From the NCBI GenBank assembly GCA_963817955.1, contig CAWFQK010000004.1, forward strand, positions 1-64,000: 64,000 nt of DNA, in the 5' to 3' direction. A model generated the notes under the pieces. That model was not told where the DNA came from. It did no database searches and saw only the letters and a list, made by a program, of their open reading frames with translations. Shown piece by piece: positions 45,454-62,571 of this stretch. This DNA is from an uncultured Gemmatimonadaceae bacterium (GTDB taxonomy: Bacteria; Gemmatimonadota; Gemmatimonadetes; Gemmatimonadales; Gemmatimonadaceae). Positions within the stretch are counted from its first letter, which is position 1. Each line of letters begins with the position of its first letter. Position numbers and translations under genes: made by a program.

Positions 45454-45564
45454 TCACGAGTTGACCTCCTCCGACATTCCTGTGAACTTTAATAATTCGA
45501 GGCCCCGCATCGAGGCCAGCGAGGCGCCCAACCGCGGGCGCGATCACATTTCTCGACTCTGATC

Positions 45565-46678
45565 ATGCCAGTTCCTCTGCTGGATCTGCGTGCGCAGCAC
45601 GCCACGATCCGGGATGAAGTTGTTTCGGCCCTCATGGGCGTTGTAGACTCGCAGCTCTTCATCCTCGGCGCGCCTGTCGACCAGCTCGAGCGCGAAGTTG
45701 CTGGACTGTCCAACACTGCTCACGCCATCGGCTGCGCCAGCGGCACTGATGCGCTCCTGCTCGCCCTCCGCGCGCTCGATTGCGGTCCGGGAGACGAGGT
45801 GATCACCACTCCCTTCACCTTCTTCGCGACGGCCGGGACGATTCACAACGTCGGCGCCAAGCCGGTGTTCGTGGACATCGACCCGAAGACGTTCAACATT
45901 CGCCCCGACGCGGCCGCGGCGGCGCGGACGGCGCATACCAAGGCCGTCATCCCCGTGGATCTCTTCGGTCAGATGGCGGCCATCGAGCTGGTCGCTGCGG
46001 CGTTGCCGGGCATTCCGGTGATCGAGGACGCGGCGCAGTCGATCGGAGCCCGACGTAGGATTGGCGGTACGTGGCGCATGGCTGGCGAAACGGCGACGAT
46101 CGGCACGTTCAGCTTCTTCCCGTCGAAGAACCTGGGCGGCTACGGCGACGGGGGCATGATGGTCACGCAGGATGAAGCATTGGCTGCGCGGCTCAAGCGA
46201 CTGCGTATGCACGGAGGGGCGAAGCAGTACTTCCACGAGGAGGTTGGGTTACAACAGTCGCCTCGACGCGCTGCAGGCGGTCATCCTCAGCGCCAAACTG
46301 CCGCACCTCGCCGAATGGAGCGCCAGGCGCCGTGAGAATGCGGCGTACTATGACGCGGCGTTCGCAGACGTGCCGGAGGTGACGACACCGTACGTCGATC
46401 CGGCGAACGAGTCGATCTTCAACCAATACACCATTCGAGTGTCGAAGCGTGAGGCGCTGCAGGCGGCGCTGAAGGAGCGCGGGATCGGCACATCGGTCTA
46501 CTATCCGTTGCCGTTGCATCTGCAGCCCTGCTTCGAGTACTTGGGCTATCAGGAAGGCAGTTGCCCCGAGTCCGAGCAGGCTGCCAAGGAAGTGCTGTCG
46601 CTGCCGATCTTTCCCGAACTGACCAAGACCCAACTCGACGAAGTCATCGATGCCGTCCGGAAATTCTATGGCCGCTGA
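45565..46678 (+). CDS. wbpE: DegT/DnrJ/EryC1/StrS aminotransferase, WbpE-like (frameshift near 46245)
   Basis: SGTDAL, EDAAQSIGA, SFFPSKNLGGYGDGG, NSRLD. Confidence 0.85.
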
Positions 46679-48044
46679 TCGCTCCCCGAAGCAGCAGCTT
46701 CTCGAACGTATTCACGACCGGTCCGCCGTCCTTGGTGTGATCGGTCTGGGCTACGTCGGCTTGCCGCTCGCCGTCGAGTTCGCCAAGGCTGGGTTCCATG
46801 TCGTCGGCTACGACGTGAGCGAGCGCGTCTGCGCGCTCCTCATGGCGGGCGATTCGCACATCCAGGATGTCCCGGCGTCGGAAGTCGCCGCTCTCGTGCG
46901 TGCCGGCCTCTTCGAAGCGACTACGGACGAGGCCCGCCTCGGCACGACCGACGCGATCTCCATCGCCGTACCGACGCCGCTCTCCAAGACCCGCGATCCG
47001 GACATGAGCTACGTCATTGCCGCCGCGGAAACGGCCACACGCGTCGCGCATACGGGCATGCTCGTGATCCTCGAGTAGCACCACCTATCCGGGCACCACG
47101 CGCGAAGTGCTGGTGCCGGCGCTCGAGCAGAAGGGGTTCACGGTGGGCGAGGATGTCTTCGTGGCGTTCAGCCCGGAGCGCGTCGATCCGGGGAACCCAG
47201 TCTATCACACCAAGAACACCCCCAAGGTGGTCGGCGGCATCACGCCGGCCTGTACCGCGCTCGCCACAGCGGTGTACGGCAGTTGCATCGACACCATCGT
47301 TTCCGTCTCCAGCGCCCGAGGCGGCCGAGCTGGTCAAGTTGCTCGAGAACACCTTCCGCTCGGTCAACATTGGCATGGTCAACGAGATGGCGATCGTGTG
47401 CGACAGGCTCGGCGTCGACGTGTGGGAAGTGATCGACGCGGCGGCCACGAAGCCTTTCGGTTTCATGAAATTCACGCCCGGCCCGGGCATCGGCGGCCAC
47501 TGCATTCCGCTCGACCCGCACTATCTCGCGTGGAAGATGCGGACGCTCAACTACAAGACCCGATTCATCGATCTGGCGAGCGAGATCAACAGCCAGATGC
47601 CTGCGTTCGTGGTGGAGAAGGTGAGCCACGGGTTGAACGGGACCGCAAGCCGGTGAACGGGAGCCAGATCTGGTGCTGGGAGTGGCATACAAGACGAGAC
47701 ATCGACGACATGCGGGAAAGCCCGGCCTTGGACGTGATCCGGCTGCTCGAAGAGCAGGGGGCGACAGTGTCATTCCACGACCCGTACATCGCGTGCCTCC
47801 GCGAGGAGGGGCACGTGCGTGAGGGCGTGCCGCTCACGCGCGCGGTGCTCGAGGCGGCCGACGCCGTGGTGATCGTGACGGACCATACGCAGGTCGATTA
47901 CCAGCGCTCGTGATGGACCACGCGAGCCTCATCATCGACAGCCGCAACGTCACTCGAGGTATGGTCAAGACGAGAGCGCGTGTCGTGTCCCTCGCCTCGG
48001 CCCGTCCGGGTGTGGGCACGCCGAACCAGGTATCGGCATCGTGA
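46668..48044 (+). CDS. wbpA: UDP-N-acetylglucosamine 6-dehydrogenase-like (frameshifted)
   Basis: GLGYVGLPL, VPTP, FSPERVDPGN, KLLENTFR, PGPGIGGHCIP. Confidence 0.85.
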
Positions 48045-49401
48045 ACATCACCGTCATCGGAACGGGCTACGTCGGGCTGGTCGTCGGCGCCTGTCTCGCC
48101 GAGACCGGGCAATCAGGTGGTCTGCGCGGACATCGACCAAGCGAAGATCGACGGGCTGCAAGCAGAACGTCCTGCCGATCTACGAGCCGGGGCTCGAGGA
48201 GCTCGTCGAGCGCAACCAGAAGCGCATGGGCGCCTGACGCTTCACCACCGACGTCGCCGGCGGCGATTGCGGCGAGCCGAGTCGTGTTCATCGCCGTCGG
48301 CACGCCGCCCGACGAGGACGGCTCGGCGGACCTCCGCCACGTGCTCGCGGTGGCGGAGACGATCGGCCAGAGCCATGACGCGCGAGCTGGTGGTCGTCAC
48401 GAAGTCCACCGTGCCCGTTGGCACGGCGGCCAAGGTGCAGGCGGCTGTCGCGCGAGCACGCGCGCTTTCCGTTCCACGTGGTGTCGAACCCCGAGTTCCT
48501 CAAGGAGGGCGCGGCGGTCGACGACTTCATGAAGCCGGACCGCGTCGTGCTCGGCGCCGAGACGCGACCAGGCGCGCAGCGTGATGGCCGAGCTGTACGC
48601 GCCGTTCGTGCGCACGGGGAAGCCGATCATCTTCATGGACGTCCCGTCGGCGGAGATGACCAAGTACGCGGCGAACGCCATGCTGGCCACGCGCATCTCG
48701 TTCATGAACGAGATCGCCAATCTGTGCGAGCAAGTGGGCGCCAACGTCGACCTCGTGCGGAAGGGCATCGGCTCGCGACGAGCGCATCGGTCCCGCGTTC
48801 CTGTTCCCGGGCCCGGGCTACGGCGGCTCGTGCTTCCCGAAGGACGTGAAGGCGCTCGTGCGCACGACGGCGAAAGACGAGGGGAGCTGCCGATGCGCGA
48901 TTCTCGACGCGGTGGAGGACGGTGAACGAGCGACCAGAAGCACCGGCTGTTCCAGAAGCTGCAGCGCGGTGCTCGGCGCCTCGACCTGGCCGGCGCGCGC
49001 GATTGCGGTGTGGGGGCTGGCGTTCAAGCCGAAGACGGACGACATGCGCGAGGCGCCGGCGCTGACGCTGATCGAGGACGCTGCTGGCGGCGGGCGCCCG
49101 GTGGTGGCGCACGATCCGGTGGCGATGCACGAGGCGAAGCGGCGGCTGGCGCACCTGGGCGACGCGCGTCGCGTATGCGGCGGCGAACTACGACGCGCTC
49201 GAGGGCGCCGACGCGCTGGTGGTGGTCACCGACTGGAACGAGTACCGGCATCCCGACTTTGCGCGCATCAAGGCGGCGCTCAAGCGTCCGATCGTCATCG
49301 ACGGGCGCAACCTGTACGACGCCGCACCAAGCATGGCGCGACTCGGCTTCACCTACATGTCGATCGGCCGGCCGCCGTGGCGCGCGCGTGAGCACGGCTT
49401 C

Positions 49402-49405
<4 letters not shown>
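48041..49405 (+). CDS. ugd: UDP-glucose 6-dehydrogenase (many frameshifts)
   Basis: [57 protein letters not shown]. Confidence 0.9.
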
Positions 49406-50419
<1,014 letters not shown>

Positions 50420-50510
50420 TCGGTTCTGCGCGGGCATATTCGGGTCTGGCCCGAGGCGCCAGGTGGTTATCTTTCCCGGTTCGAGTTCGAACCGATGGCA
50501 CAGTAGCGGG

Positions 50511-50516
50511 TAGAAT
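50511..50516 (+). promoter_or_regulatory. -10 element TAGAAT 7 nt before bamD ATG (leaderless configuration)
   Basis: TAGAAT-CCCCTAT-ATG, no SD. Confidence 0.6.
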
Positions 50517-50523
50517 CCCCTAT

Positions 50524-51327
50524 ATGCACCGAACCTCCTGGAGACTCGCCGCGGCGTTGTCCATGACTGCCGCCGCAGCGTGCCGGCCGGAATTTCAGCT
50601 AAAGAATCTCACGTCGAACGAGTCGCTCTACCGCGCCTCGCTCAACGAGTACAAGCACCAGCGATGGGACAACGCCGTCACGGGGTTCGAGAAGTTGACC
50701 ACGGACCTTCCGGCCCGTGATTCGCTGCTTCCGCGCTCGTACTGGTATCTCGCGTCGGCGCATGAGCGGCAGGGAGAACATCTCCTGGCGGCACAGAGCT
50801 TCAGCCGTCTCGTCGAGACCTTCCCCGAAGACAGCTTAGCCGCGAATGCCGCTCTCGAGGCAGCGCGGTCCTACCGGCGTCTCTGGCGCAAGCCGCAGCT
50901 CGATCCGTTGTATGGGCAAACGGCGATTGCCTCGTACAACACGCTCATCGGCCTCTACCCCACGTCTCCGCTCATTCCGACGGCGCAGAAGGAGATCGGG
51001 GAACTCGAGAACTGGTTCGCCATCAAGGACTTTGACGCCGGGATGTACTATTTCCGGCGGAAGGCCTACGACTCGGGCATCCTGTACTTCAAGGATGTCC
51101 TGGCGAAGTATCCTACGACGCCGACCGCGCGCGACGCGTCGGTACGGTTGGTGGAATCGTACAAGTCGATCCGCTATCGCGAGGATGCGTCCGATCTCTG
51201 CGCGCAGATCACTCAGCAATATCCGAACGACCGCGACGTCCGCAACGTGTGCACGGGCGTGCCTCATCCGGCCGGTGCCAAGCCCGACTCGACTCCCGCC
51301 ACGCAGGCCAAACCGCCGACGTCCTGA
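50524..51327 (+). CDS. bamD: Outer membrane protein assembly factor BamD (TPR lipoprotein)
   Basis: Lipobox AAA-C; repeated ..YP.SP TPR pattern; DP..GQTAI; YYFRRKAY. Confidence 0.85.
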   Translation: MHRTSWRLAAALSMTAAAACRPEFQLKNLTSNESLYRASLNEYKHQRWDNAVTGFEKLTTDLPARDSLLPRSYWYLASAHERQGEHLLAAQSFSRLVETFPEDSLAANAALEAARSYRRLWRKPQLDPLYGQTAIASYNTLIGLYPTSPLIPTAQKEIGELENWFAIKDFDAGMYYFRRKAYDSGILYFKDVLAKYPTTPTARDASVRLVESYKSIRYREDASDLCAQITQQYPNDRDVRNVCTGVPHPAGAKPDSTPATQAKPPTS

Positions 51328-51330
51328 TCC

Positions 51331-51904
51331 GTGCGGATCGGGCTTCTCGGGGGGAGTTTCGACCCTCCTCATAACGGCCATTTGCTCGCCGCCGGCGATG
51401 CCTTCGAGGCGCTCGAACTCGACCGTCTCGTTTTCATCCCGGCCGCCGTCCAGCCGCTGAAGGCTGGTCAAGCGGCGGCAACCTCGGCGCAGCGGCTCGA
51501 GATGGTGCGGCGTCTCGTCGATGACGACGCACGCTTCGAGCTCGATCCGGTCGAGATAGAGCGGGGCGGTTTATCTTATACGGTTGACACTTTGTCAGAC
51601 CCTGGCGGGGCGTTGGCCGATGGCCGAGCTGTTCTGGCTGGTCGGAGCCGACGTTCCACAATCGTTCGCCAAATGGCGGGAACCTGAACGGATCGTCGCG
51701 TTGGCGACCGTGGTGGTCATGCAGCGGACCGCAGAGGTGCCGAACCTCTCGGTCATGCCTGGGACGCCGCAGTTGCTGGCCACACGCCGGATCGACATCT
51801 CTTCGACGGAGATTCGCGCGCGGGTGAACGCAGGGCAAGTCGATCCGTGGTTTCGTGCCGGAGCCGGTGCCGACTATATCCTGTCGGAGCGGCTGTACCG
51901 ATAG
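51331..51904 (+). CDS. nadD: Nicotinate-nucleotide adenylyltransferase (frameshifted)
   Basis: GGSFDPPHNGH, SYTVDTL, ISSTEIR. Confidence 0.93.
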
Positions 51905-51914
51905 GGGAGACTGT

Positions 51915-55254
<3,340 letters not shown>

Positions 55255-55415
55255 TCGTGCCAAGCGGCGAGTGATTGGCCCCGGCGACCAGCGCGTGCTG
55301 GTGCGCCGGAGCGATGGAGCGCCCAGTGGCTATCGGGGTATGAGTGCGTGGGATTGATGGTGAACTCAGTGCCGACCAGGTGCAGATATCCGAATTCCCA
55401 TATCGGAGCCCCTGC

Positions 55416-56120
55416 ATGGCTGGCCCGGAAGCGGCAAAAGCGTTAAGTATTCGAGAGTTGCCTCGATCAGAGCGGCCGCGGGAGCGGCTCGTCGATCTCG
55501 GCGCGGCATCGCTCAGCAGCGCAGAGCTGCTCGCGATCCTGCTCGGTTCGGGAAGTGTCGGTCGCACGGCGCTTCAGGTCGGTCAGTCTGTCCTCGCCGA
55601 AGCAGGCGGGGCGCTACGATGGATCGCGCGTCAACCGGTGGCCGCTCTCACGGCTGTCCCGGGCGTGGGAATGGCTCGTGCGGTAACGATTCATGCTTCG
55701 CTCGAATTAGGGCGGCGCATGGCGGCGGAGGGGCGCGACGACGGCTCCCCGGTGCGATCACCGCGCGATGTCATGGCGTATTTCGCGCCTCGAATGGAAG
55801 ATCTGCCGGTCGAGGAGTTTCACGTTGCTGTGCTCGACGCGCAACATCGGCTCGAGCGCGACATCACGGTCACACGTGGCATTCTGAATTCGTCCCTCGT
55901 GCATCCGCGCGAGGTGTTTCGCGAGGCCATTGCCGAGCGCGCGGCGGCGGTGATCCTCGTCCACAATCACCCGAGCGGCGATCCCTCGCCGTCGGCGGAT
56001 GACCGGGCCGTGACCGATCAACTGGTCGCGGCGGGACGGTTGCTCGACATTCCGGTGCACGACCACGTGATCATCGGACGCGGGCGGTACACGAGTTTCG
56101 CGGAGGCAGGACTCTTGTGA
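55416..56120 (+). CDS. radC: RadC/UPF0758 JAB-domain protein
   Basis: ERPRERL, ELLAILL, VHPREVF, HNHPSGD..PS..D, DHVII. Confidence 0.93.
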   Translation: MAGPEAAKALSIRELPRSERPRERLVDLGAASLSSAELLAILLGSGSVGRTALQVGQSVLAEAGGALRWIARQPVAALTAVPGVGMARAVTIHASLELGRRMAAEGRDDGSPVRSPRDVMAYFAPRMEDLPVEEFHVAVLDAQHRLERDITVTRGILNSSLVHPREVFREAIAERAAAVILVHNHPSGDPSPSADDRAVTDQLVAAGRLLDIPVHDHVIIGRGRYTSFAEAGLL

Positions 56121-58295
56121 CGGCGACGGCGGTTCGTGAAGGCGATTTCATTCCGGGCTGGGGCGAGGATGAGCTTCCGTTGCATGAGAAGCTCGACCGC
56201 GACCTGCTCGTGCACGCCTATCAGTACAGCGAATCCGCGCACCGTCGGGCAGCTGCGCAACTCCGGCGACCCCTATATCACCCACTCGGTGGAGGTCGCC
56301 AAGATCCTGGCCGGCCTCCAGCTCGACTCGATCACGGTGGCCAGCGGGCTGCTGCACGACGTCATCGAGGACACGACGTTCACGCTGGCCGATGTGGAGC
56401 GCGAGTTCGGGCGCGAGATCGCAGCCATCGTCGATGGCCTGACGAAGATCGCCAAGCTGCCGACCGGCGGCTCGACCCAGGAGCGGCAGGTCGAGAGCTA
56501 CCGCAAACTGCTCCTGTCGATCGCCAAGGACGCGCGCGTCATCATCGTCAAGCTGGCGGATCGTCTGCACAATATGCGGACGCTCGATTGGCTCGCGCCG
56601 GAGAAGCGCCGCCGCATCGCACAGGAGACGCGCGATCTCTACGCGCCGCTCGCCCACCGATTCGGCATGGCGAAGCTGCGGTGGGAACTCGAGGACCTCG
56701 CGTTCAAGCATCTCGAAACGGAAGAGTATAAAGCCCTCGCCAAACAGGTGTCCCAGAAACGGAACGAGCGCGAGGCGCTCATCCGCCAGCTGGCGGAGCC
56801 GTTGAGCATCTCGCTGGCCAAGGCCGGCATCGCGAACGTCGAGGTCAGTGGGCGGCCGAAGCACCTGTGGTCGATCTACAAGAAGATGAAACAACGCGAA
56901 AAGCCGTACGAGGAGATTTACGATCTCCTCGCCATTCGCGTGCTCGTCAACACGGTGCCCGACTGCTACCATGCGCTCGGCATCATTCACGACGGGTGGA
57001 CGCCGGTGCAGGAGCGAATCAAGGATTACATCGCGCAGCCGAAGTCCAATGGCTATCAATCGCTGCATACCACGGTGTTCGGACCAGGGCGGCAATTGTA
57101 CGAAGTACAGATCCGCACCCGCGACATGCATCGCACCGCGGACTATGGCATCGCCGCGCACTGGCGCTACAAGGAGGACGCGAAGAGCGATGATCTCGAT
57201 CGCCACCTCTCTTGGTTCCGGCAGGTGCTCGAACTGCAGATGGACGCCAAGACTCCGGACGAGTTCCTGGAGTTCCTCAAGCTCGACTTGTACCAAGACG
57301 AGATCTTTGTCTTCACGCCGACCGGCGACGTCATCCAGCTTCCAAAGGGCGCGACGCCCCTCGATTTCGCCTTCGCCGTGCACACGGAAGTTGGTATCCA
57401 CACCGCGGGCGCGAAGGTCAACGGCCGCATCGCTCCACTTTCCCGGCCGCTCCGCAACTCGGAGACGGTCGAGATCATCACATCGACGACGGCCAAGCCG
57501 ACGCGGGACTGGCTAGCCCATGTGCGAACCGGCCGCGCGCGGCACAAGATCCGTCAGGTGCTCAAGCGCGACGCGCAGACGTCTGCCGAAAAGCTCGGCC
57601 GGGAAATGCTCGACCGCGAGGTGAAGCGCCGGCGGCTTGCTCGTGCCAGTGAGGATGAGCTCGACCGGGCCGCGGTTGCGCTCAGCCTGACTGATTCTAC
57701 GCATCTGTTGGCGTCGATTGGTCAGGGCGACGTCAACGTCACGTTGGCCATCAAGCATATCTATCCAGAGGCCGAGGACCTGGACGGTGCGAAACCCAAC
57801 GTGTTCGAGCGCTTCGTGGATCGGGTGCGCGGCACGAATACCAAAGGTGTGCGCATTCAGGGCGTGGACGGCCTCATGGTCCGGTACGCGCAGTGTTGTC
57901 AGCCGGTGCCGGGTGACCCGGTGGTCGGATACGTGACGCGCGGACGCGGCGTCAGCATCCATCGCGCTGATTGTCCGAATCTGTTGCTGTTGGCGCACGA
58001 GCCGGAACGTCGGCTCGAGATCGACTGGCAGGAAGCGCAGGGCGAGCGATTCGTTGTGCGGCTGGCGCTCGAAGGGACCGATCGGCGCGGTCTCTATGCC
58101 GACGTTGCGGCCGCCGTGAGCTCTACCGGCACGGACATGAAGAGCATGGACCTGCGCAGCACCGACGGCCGCACCAGCGGATCCATGCTCGTGGAAGTGG
58201 AGAACCTCGCGCATCTCGAGAAGATCATCCGCGCGACGCGGCGCGTGAAAGGCATCGCCGAGGTTGCGCGCCGGGAGCGACTGACGACGGATTAG
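56117..58295 (+). CDS. rel: Bifunctional (p)ppGpp synthetase/hydrolase (frameshift near 56240)
   Basis: LLHDVIEDT hydrolase, KLADRLHNMRT, RIKDY, GYQSLHT, TGS and ACT domains. Confidence 0.95.
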
Positions 58296-58311
58296 GCCCA
58301 CCCGTCGCCGC

Positions 58312-60393
58312 TCAACGGTTCGACCGACCGATCTGTTGGGACGCGAGTTTCTCCAGCCATGGATCGTTCTTCGGCGAGCTCACGATCGATGTCAGCCGTA
58401 CGGCCGACACGTCGAGGCGCGCACCCGGAAGCAGCGAGTATGTCTGCCAGTGCAAGACTGGCGTCGCGCCGCGGACCACGAGGAGCGGAAAGCGCGTCCT
58501 CATGGTGTACGGATCGATCGTCACGGGGTTCCGCTGGATCGCGCCGGTAGCGGTGACGAGATAGCGCGGCGTGGCACCGACGATCGGCAGCCACTGCAAC
58601 GGGTTGTGTGTGCGGTATTGCAACTCGACCTGGAGAAGCACGAGGGTGGGCCCTTCGTTCGCCGACGCGATCGTCGGCAGCCGAAGGCTATCGGTACCGG
58701 CGGCAACCGTGGACCATCCCAGCAGCACCGGGGCTGGCAACTCGGCGGCGCGGCGTTCCCAGAACAATGACCACGGCGTGTGACCGACCAGCTCGTAGTT
58801 GCGAAGCAACTCGACGTAGAAGTCCCAGCTCGTGTCCTCGATCCACGCTTCGTACTGAGTGTAGAGGGGATCGACGGTCTGTACGAGCCGCGGCTTCACG
58901 CGGCGGAAATCGTCGACGTACTTCGCGCGGTTCTGTGGTCCGAGGGCGTGAATGATGTAGTCCACGGATGGATGGAACAGACCGTTGCGCGCCTCGAGCA
59001 GACCTGCGTAGGTGGACCACAACACGGGGGGGCGGCCCGACGCGTCGCGTCGTGAGTCGAGCATGGCTTGCCCCGCGACGATGGTCTGCGGCCAGATGCC
59101 GTCGTACACAGCGCCGACGCGGTGCAGCAGATGATCGCGCACCATGTGCGGGATCGTGACGCGGACCGTGTCGATAATCGCCGGGACGAGCACGACGGCG
59201 TATAGCGCCGACGCACAGGCGACCATGAACGTCGATCGGCTCACGCCGCATAACGGGCGGCGTCCCAACCGTGCGTCGCGCCGGACGAGCTGGTGATCCA
59301 GGTAGACGGCTCCAAGCAGCAGCAGCACCCGAAGGAGTGGCTGCACATAGGCGTTGACGAACGTGCCAAGGAGCGATGCGCAGGAGATCAGCCCATACAG
59401 CGCGAGGACCGTGAACGCGAACTCGCGTCGCCGCGCAGTGCCGGAGTCGCTTCGCCACAACCGTCGCATGGTGAGGCACACGGCGGCGATGCCTGCAAAC
59501 AGCGTAAGCGGGATGCGGGGAATCGCTGCCAGCATGGCCGGCAGCGTGCCCCAGCTCGACAGGAAGAGGTTCGGTGGCGCGCCGAAGTACCAATACTGAT
59601 CTTTGGGGACGAGTGAGAAGTTGTACCGCAGCGCGCCGCGCATGCCGTCCGTGCCACCGAGCAGCGTGAGCAGCGAGACGAGTGTGACCATCGCGATCGC
59701 GACCATGGCCGCGCCGTCCACGAGGTATTCGCGCCGTTCGCCGTTCCGGCCGCGCCGGAGCGATGCGACGATGGTCGCCAGCACGACGGCCATCACCGCG
59801 GCGAGCCCCTGCTCAGTGCTCATGACCAATGCGGCACCAAGTACAATGCCGGCGATCACCGTACGCATGGATCGGCGGACGGAGAGGCACAGGAAGATCG
59901 GCACCAGCGTTGGGAGCGTCGAACGGACGCCGAGCAGGCTGTTGAGGGCCACGAGCATCGGTGCCATGCGCAGCCCGATCGAGAGCGCCATCACGATGCC
60001 GGACCACACGAGCGCGCGCGTCCAATTGCCAATGAAGAATCGCAGAAACGCGATCAGCGTGATCGGATAGAGCACCGCCGTCACGAGCTCGCGGGTGATT
60101 TCGGAGGCGAAGAAGGTGCCGCCGAGCAGGCGGAACGGGATGTAGTGGAGAAACGGAATCCCGAGCCCGTGGAAGAACTGAAAATCCACGCCGGCCCGCT
60201 GCCCCGCATAGATCCGTCGGAGTGCGTTGTAGAGCTGGAACGGTCCGTCGATGGCCGAGCCCTGGAAATGGAGCGCAGTCTCCAAGCCGTCCACGACCAT
60301 TACGACGGAGAAGAACGCGAAGAACAACGCGAAGAACAACGCCCAGCCAGTCGTGGCGGCGCGGGAGGTCCGAGACGGCTCCGGCACGATCAC
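58312..60393 (-). CDS. Uncharacterised polytopic membrane protein (693 aa), GT-C glycosyltransferase-like topology
   Basis: Uninterrupted ORF; about 11-13 hydrophobic segments and a soluble C-terminal domain; first loop [16 protein letters not shown]. Confidence 0.75.
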   Translation of the reverse strand: MIVPEPSRTSRAATTGWALFFALFFAFFSVVMVVDGLETALHFQGSAIDGPFQLYNALRRIYAGQRAGVDFQFFHGLGIPFLHYIPFRLLGGTFFASEITRELVTAVLYPITLIAFLRFFIGNWTRALVWSGIVMALSIGLRMAPMLVALNSLLGVRSTLPTLVPIFLCLSVRRSMRTVIAGIVLGAALVMSTEQGLAAVMAVVLATIVASLRRGRNGERREYLVDGAAMVAIAMVTLVSLLTLLGGTDGMRGALRYNFSLVPKDQYWYFGAPPNLFLSSWGTLPAMLAAIPRIPLTLFAGIAAVCLTMRRLWRSDSGTARRREFAFTVLALYGLISCASLLGTFVNAYVQPLLRVLLLLGAVYLDHQLVRRDARLGRRPLCGVSRSTFMVACASALYAVVLVPAIIDTVRVTIPHMVRDHLLHRVGAVYDGIWPQTIVAGQAMLDSRRDASGRPPVLWSTYAGLLEARNGLFHPSVDYIIHALGPQNRAKYVDDFRRVKPRLVQTVDPLYTQYEAWIEDTSWDFYVELLRNYELVGHTPWSLFWERRAAELPAPVLLGWSTVAAGTDSLRLPTIASANEGPTLVLLQVELQYRTHNPLQWLPIVGATPRYLVTATGAIQRNPVTIDPYTMRTRFPLLVVRGATPVLHWQTYSLLPGARLDVSAVRLTSIVSSPKNDPWLEKLASQQIGRSNR

Positions 60394-60501
60394 GAGGTCC
60401 GCGTTCGCCGATGTGGGTCGGTCACTGCTTGCATGTCGAAGAAGGCTACGAGGTGGGTTCGGGCGCTGGTCCTGGCAGACCGAACAAAACCCGACACAGT
60501 G

Positions 60502-60510
60502 TGTTATATT
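60502..60510 (+). promoter_or_regulatory. Extended -10 TGtTATATT 6 nt before uvrB ATG (leaderless configuration)
   Basis: TGTTATATT-CTAGCG-ATG, no SD. Confidence 0.6.
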
Positions 60511-60516
60511 CTAGCG

Positions 60517-62571
60517 ATGCCGTTCGCCGAGTTCGATCTCCAGGCCCCGTTCCAGCCAGCAGGCGATCAGCCACGAGCGATCGCCGAGCTGTCTGCGGGT
60601 TTGGCGCGCGGGGATCGCTTTCAAACGCTGCTCGGTGTCACGGGCTCCGGCAAGACCATGACGATGGCCAACGTCATCAAACAGCTTGGCCGCCCGACAT
60701 TGGTCATGTCCCACAACAAGACGCTCGCCGCACAGCTGTATGGCGAACTGAAGAGCTTCTTTCCGCACAACGCTGTCGAGTACTTCATCTCGTACTACGA
60801 CTACTACCAGCCGGAAGCGTACGTCCCGACGACGGACACGTACATCGAAAAGGATGCGTCGATCAACGAGGACATTGACCGCCTCCGACTGCGCGCCACG
60901 TCGAGCCTGATGGAGCGTGAGGACGTCATCATCGTCGCCACGGTTTCGGCAATCTACGGCCTTGGCGATCCGGTGTCATACCGCGAGCAGATGGTGACGC
61001 TCACGACGGGCCAGAAGATCGACCGTGACGAGATCCTGCGCTCGCTCGTGCGCATTCAGTACGGGCGCAACGACGTCTCGTTCGAGCGGGGTACCTTCCG
61101 GGTGCGCGGCGACACGGTCGAGATCTTTCCGGCGTACGAGGAGCAGGGCGTTCGTGTCGAGATGTGGGGAAACGAGATCGAGCGGATTTCGAAGATCAAC
61201 GTGCTCACCGGCGAGACGATCGCGCAACTCGAGCGCGCGGCGATCTATCCGGCGAAGCATTTCGTGACACAGCGGTCAACGCTCGAGCGCGCCGTGAAGC
61301 TCATTCAATCGGAGCTTGCCGTCCGACTTGGCGAGTTGCGCGCCGCGGGCAAGCTGCTCGAGGCGCAGCGGCTCGAGTCGCGGACGAACTTCGATGTCGA
61401 AATGATGCTGGAGATCGGCACCTGCGCCGGCATTGAGAACTATTCGCGCCACCTCGCCGGACGTGAGGCAGGCGAGCGGCCGGCCTGCCTGTTCGACTAT
61501 TTCCCCGAGGATTTCCTCGTGGTGATCGACGAGTCGCACGTCACGCTGCCGCAGGTGTCCGGCATGTTCAACGGCGACCGCGCGCGCAAGCTGACGCTGG
61601 TCGAGTACGGGTTTCGCCTACCGAGCGCGCTCGACAACCGGCCACTCATGTTCGATGAGTTCCTCTCGTTGACGCCGCGGGCCGTCTTCGTGTCGGCGAC
61701 GCCGAGCGATCTCGAGCTGCGGTTGTCCGAAGGCGTGGTGGTGGAGCAGATCATCCGGCCGACGGGACTGGTGGATCCGGAAATCGAAATCCGCTCGGTG
61801 CGAGGCCAGGTGGACGATCTGTTGAACGAGATCCGCATTCGCGAGCGAAAGGGAGAGCGGGTCCTGGTGACCACGCTCACGAAGCGCATGTCCGAGGACC
61901 TCACCGACTATCTGCAACAGGTTGGCGTGCGTGTGCGCTACATGCACTCCGACATCGATGCGATCGAGCGCGTGGAGATCATCCGCGGCCTCCGCCTGGG
62001 CGAATTCGACGTGCTCGTCGGCATCAATCTGCTGCGCGAAGGTCTCGATCTCCCGGAAGTGTCGCTCGTGGCGATTCTCGACGCGGATCAGGAAGGATTT
62101 CTGCGCAGCGACCGGTCGCTCATCCAGACGGTGGGCCGCGCGGCGCGCAACGCCCACGGTCGGGCGATCTTCTACGCCGACAGGATAACGGGATCAATGC
62201 AGCGCTGTATGGAGGAGACGGAGCGCCGGCGCGAGATTCAACGGGCGCACAACGAGGAACATGGCATCACGCCCACCACGGTCAGCAAGAGCGTGGATGA
62301 GGTGCGGTTCAGTACGCGCGTCGCTGACGCCCGCGCAGAGCGTGACGAAAAGGAGAGGAAGCAGGTGGCGGAGCCGGCGCGCGGGTACGCGATCATGGAC
62401 GCCGCGTCACTCGAGAAGATGCTCGACGAGCAGATGCGTGAAGCGGCTGCGGCCATGGACTTCGAGTTGGCCGCGCAGCTTCGCGATCAGCTGTTCGAGT
62501 TGCGCGCCAAGCGTGACGGCAACACGACACGAACTCGCGTGGCGGCGAGCGGCGGACGAGGCGGACGATAG
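60517..62571 (+). CDS. uvrB: Excinuclease ABC subunit B
   Basis: [40 protein letters not shown] domain. Confidence 0.98.
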   Translation: MPFAEFDLQAPFQPAGDQPRAIAELSAGLARGDRFQTLLGVTGSGKTMTMANVIKQLGRPTLVMSHNKTLAAQLYGELKSFFPHNAVEYFISYYDYYQPEAYVPTTDTYIEKDASINEDIDRLRLRATSSLMEREDVIIVATVSAIYGLGDPVSYREQMVTLTTGQKIDRDEILRSLVRIQYGRNDVSFERGTFRVRGDTVEIFPAYEEQGVRVEMWGNEIERISKINVLTGETIAQLERAAIYPAKHFVTQRSTLERAVKLIQSELAVRLGELRAAGKLLEAQRLESRTNFDVEMMLEIGTCAGIENYSRHLAGREAGERPACLFDYFPEDFLVVIDESHVTLPQVSGMFNGDRARKLTLVEYGFRLPSALDNRPLMFDEFLSLTPRAVFVSATPSDLELRLSEGVVVEQIIRPTGLVDPEIEIRSVRGQVDDLLNEIRIRERKGERVLVTTLTKRMSEDLTDYLQQVGVRVRYMHSDIDAIERVEIIRGLRLGEFDVLVGINLLREGLDLPEVSLVAILDADQEGFLRSDRSLIQTVGRAARNAHGRAIFYADRITGSMQRCMEETERRREIQRAHNEEHGITPTTVSKSVDEVRFSTRVADARAERDEKERKQVAEPARGYAIMDAASLEKMLDEQMREAAAAMDFELAAQLRDQLFELRAKRDGNTTRTRVAASGGRGGR

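Noticed and set aside
55416..56120. radC as a marker of a mobile element or defence system
   Set aside because: Full-length chromosomal form coupled to rel; no mobile or defence genes nearby
60310..60343. Short GAAGAACAACGC repeats
   Set aside because: They encode [11 protein letters not shown] in a TM helix; trivial low-complexity duplication
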